This document shows, piece after piece, positions 60,204 through 64,000 of a DNA stretch of 64,000 nucleotides. The DNA is from Neoconidiobolus thromboides FSU 785. Taxonomy: Eukaryota > Fungi > Entomophthoromycota. The stretch's first letter is position 1. Every line of letters starts with the position of its first letter. Below the pieces are notes generated by a model. The model had not been told where the DNA came from. It saw nothing but the letters and a program-made list of their open reading frames with translations, and did no database searches. The translations under genes were made by a program, and so were the position numbers. The stretch is from NCBI GenBank assembly GCA_025603075.1, contig MU626335.1:28116-92115 (forward strand), written 5' to 3'.

Positions 60204-61560
60204 TTTGTATTTTATTTTGGATTGAAATATAATTTTTGTTAATTCTTTAAATTTTTTATAATTCAAGTAACAAGTAAACGTGACATCATCTTATGGGGTT
60301 AATTTGCATCATTACTTGATTATGTTATTTAAATTTTTTATAATTTTGATTTTGATCACCTAATTTATTCAAAATCTTTGATTCAAATTTAACTTTCGTT
60401 TAGAATCTTAATTGCGATTAAAATAAAATGACATTGTCAAAATAATGAAATCGAAATTTAGTTTTAACAGCTCATTCAACTAAATTTTATCTTATCCTTT
60501 TCACTCATTTTCTCCTAGTATCCGAATTTTACCAAGATGGTATTAGAACTTAACTTAACTTCAATTCTCCTTCTACTTACATTTCTTTGAATGAGTTCAT
60601 CATTTAAATTCTTCATTACCAGAACTTCATCTTAGCTTTATTCCACCTATTACCTTAATCTTTATCACCTTAGTAGTTTTTAGTAAATATATTAAGTTAA
60701 AAATTGCTGGTTTAATCGCAATATGGATGCTTTAAGTAATTATTTGTAGGATGGAAGTCAATTTCAAGCTATCTATAAGTTGTGTTTGGTATTTTGCTGG
60801 TATTACTGTGCTTTTAGTGCAAGATATGGTTAATGGCAGGAAAAAATAAAGATAACGGTTTATAATCAAATAGAGAAAAGGAAAAAAAGGCTTATTTGAT
60901 TGATAAATTACAAGATATCGAAAAGAGATTTTAAGATATAATGTCAATAGTATTATTTATTCAAAAGAAGCAAGTTGTGTTCAAATTGGGACTATTAACA
61001 AGCAAGTTGATTGTTTGATATTGGGGCATAATGAGTTTAGTGATTTAAAAGCAAATAACTATGAGGATGACAGTGACTTTATTTTTTTGAACCAAGAGAT
61101 ATTTGAATTCTTTATATTCTATTTAAAGTTTTTTTCTATTTTGTGTTATAAGAATAAATTCATAAAGGTTGAATAGTTATAAATATTAGTACTATTAATA
61201 CATGTTTTTATGCTATTATATGATCAAATAATATTAAAAAATAAAGATTTTTATTGTTATAAATTAATGAAGCAAATTAAATTACTTAGCTTGAAAAAGA
61301 TTGTTATAATATTGTGGAATATGACAATGATAAAATATATCTAACAAAGTGCTTGGGACTGTCTAACTCCTTCAAAACTTAAATATATATGCATAATTTT
61401 ATAAAATAACAGTATTACATATATGCGTAGTTGTTCCATGTTCTTATATTAAGCTATTAAAGTTCAATAATGAATTAAAAAATAAATAACAAATATTCAG
61501 CATAGTAATATAAAGAGCCACTTCTTATACTCACCCTTCATTTTGTTTATACTAATTACG

Positions 61561-62928
61561 ATGTGAGAACCTCAATCCCAACTAGAAAACCTACCAAATT
61601 TTATACTAAAGCAAATAACAGAGTTACTGCAAATCAAAAGTGCTTTCAAGTTTTTATCTGTTTCTAAAGATTGGAATAAGGTATTTACATCAGTAATCTG
61701 GGAAGATTTAGCTTCAAGTTATGCAGGAAGCAAGCTTAAAGTGATGAGAAAAGCATTTAAAAAATATGCTAAATATATCAAAATGTTATGGATAAGGAAT
61801 GGGAGGTATATTAAATATATTCCAAAGCATTATAGAAATGCTACCACTGTGTTTATAACTTCAAGGTATTATTTTCTAAATTTAGAGAAATATAAAAAGT
61901 TGAATTTAACGGAATTAAATTATAATGGTGGTATGGAATCTGTTTTAAATCAAAGTGGAAGTCAAAATTTTATGTATAACACTCAACTCAAACAATTACT
62001 CAAAAACATAACCTCATTGACCACCGATAAAATTGACAACCATTTTATAGATTTTGTATTACCAAATATACCAAGAAAGATCAAGAGTATATGTTTGTTT
62101 AGCCGAGATTTTGAGTTTAAATCTATCGAATTCATACTAACAAACTTTCAAAACTTACAAGATTTAAGATTGTTTACAGACCTATGTCAACAAGATCTAC
62201 TCTTGTTTCAGAATCATATGTTCAACTCACTGAAAACTTTATATCTAAACTCTTTCACTTCATATGATAAATTCAATATTAACTTCAATCATTTTCCTGT
62301 ACTAACTAAACTACATTTAGATTATGTTCGTAATCTATACTTACACGGTATTTCTAACCTTACTTTCCTTGAATTAAACTTTATTGATTTAAAATGTATC
62401 AATTCTTTTGGAAATATAGCACCAAAGCTCCGAATTTTAATTCTATAGAATTGCAAAAATATGAATAGTAAAGTAGCAACTTCCATCTTTCAATTGAAAG
62501 AGTTAACTGACCTAGAGATTACTTATCGCTATGAGATCGAATATATCTTAACTATTGAAGAAGTTTTTAGAAAAATTCAATCCAATTTGATAAGCTTACA
62601 ATTAGAAGGTTTAAGCTTAGGGACTTATTTTGTACAACTCTTAATAACTAAATGTCCCAATTTAATTTATTTGACAATAATTTCATCCCATTTTGATCTC
62701 GATGGTTTATTATATTTTAATTATCGAATGAAACTTGATAAACCAAGTTTAAACCTAGGTGAAGTTTATATAAAAAATTGTACTAGTGCATATACTTTTC
62801 TTATTAAGTATATTTTAAATTATTATTTCAATTTATTCTTTTTAGTGCTGGATCCGACCCCCAAGTTGGAGTGGAATTATAATAAAAGACCTACTTTAGC
62901 CTTGAATTTACATGGCTGCTTAGATTAA
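61561..62928 (+). pseudogene. Near-intact F-box/LRR gene with two in-frame stops
   Basis: One frame reads M*EPQSQLENLPNFILKQITELLQIKSAFKFLSVSKDWNKVF...LRILIL*NCKNMNSK..., with TGA at 61564 and TAG at 62446. Paralog of 16707-17911. Confidence 0.8.
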
Positions 62929-63044
62929 TATGAATCGAGCTTTAATATTTTGGATTATTTAAAATAGAATGCATGTTTTATTCTTACTATTATATTTATA
63001 GCACTACTTTGGATGTTTAAAGCATATTTAAAAAATCTATAAAT

Positions 63045-63139
63045 GGAGATGTATTTTTGTGTTTAAGAATTTTCCAATTTTTCCAGTTAAATAGTGCTTA
63101 AAAAATTGAAAAAATAATGAAGTCAAAAAAAGCACTCCC
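63045..63139 (+). mobile_element. MITE family 1 copy
   Basis: GGAGATGTATTTTT...AAAAAAAGCACTCCC flanked AAAT/AAAT. Confidence 0.85.
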
Positions 63140-63601
63140 AAATATTATTAATGAATTTTAAGAATTGGGGATGTCTGGATTAGTTTCATTATTTTATCCA
63201 ATTTTTTAAATATTATGTATTTTAAAAACTTTAAAATTCTATAAAAACAAATTTTCTATTAAAACGAAAGTACCCGGACACAGTTCTAAATTATTATATT
63301 ATAGTTTATACTGTAAGTTAGTTGAATTTCTGCTAGACCTTAAACACATATTCTTATAAAACTTTATTAACAAATGTTTATTATTGACTGCTTTATAACC
63401 AACACTGTAGACTTGCTATCAAATAAATAAACTATTTTGATGTTATAATTATATTATTGATATATTACTAAGTTGATAGATAGCTGCATGGGAGGGAGTG
63501 GTTAGCCCCAAAACTATAATTAACCATCCATATATAGTACAAGTAATAATAGTATTTACATATTATTACGATTACTTGTTCTTTGACTATTTATTAACTT
63601 A

Positions 63602-64000
63602 GCTATTGTGAAATATCGCTTTGTCAGTCACATGGTTAATTATAACATAATGATCGCCTAAACTGTTGTGTTTTCGAGTTCAGAGAAAACCAATCCCACG
63701 TTCTTATTTTGATTTGATATTTATACTTTCCAGAGTATAAAAGAGTTTACAGAGTATAGTAGTTCGAGGCTTTTTAACTGAATTATTCCCTGATATCTCG
63801 AACATTTAATAAAGCCACTAAGTTTACTTAATAGTATTTTACATAGATTTTACATTAGTATTGTCTATTCTATTTGTCTTATATAGCTTGTAACCTATTA
63901 CGTGCTATTCCTCATAATCCAAGTCTATCTTAGTCACATAAACTAAGACCTTTCGACTTATAGTGTAGTCAACCCAGCAATAGCTGCTCTTGACTCCAAG
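63602..64000 (-). mobile_element. LINE ORF2 post-RT relic (runs off the window)
   Basis: Homologous to 40022-40450. The minus strand reads KSKGLSLCD...RNRLQAI...CKIYVKYY with many TAA/TAG/TGA. Confidence 0.5.

Noticed and set aside
60530-61170. Possible small spliced gene
   Set aside because: Some exon-like stretches, but no consistent splice model or recognisable protein.

Overview
A very AT-rich eukaryotic window: standard genetic code, short (~40-80 nt) GT-AG introns and fungal-type housekeeping genes. The overall style suggests an early-diverging fungus such as Conidiobolus/Neoconidiobolus (Entomophthorales), but that is inference only. Conserved genes: a GST, WRAP53/TCAB1, an HVA22/REEP-domain protein, UTP25, VPS41, UGP1, an AIF/FSP1-like flavoprotein, tRNA-iMet and tRNA-Asp. 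These sit beside fast-evolving accessory DNA: one intact F-box/LRR gene and three decayed copies, a head-to-head pair of related homeobox genes (one lacks the invariant Asn51), and a twice-occurring convergent pair of a secreted low-complexity gene and an unknown 'KQNR...YLxHI' gene. The main feature is a ~23-kb array (20.2-43.1 kb) of 13 paralogous small secreted prepro-protein genes. They share a signal peptide; most also carry a [VI]D[GN]K[GS]F or dibasic junction, a variable Gly/Tyr/Phe/Gln-rich payload and/or a GLLGGLL-type C-terminus. About half are pseudogenes, decayed mainly by C>T/G>A changes. The window is also dense in MITEs (at least 15 copies of a ~97-bp family with AWWT target duplications, plus two other families) and has LINE relics. 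Coordinates of degenerate elements were counted by eye and are approximate.
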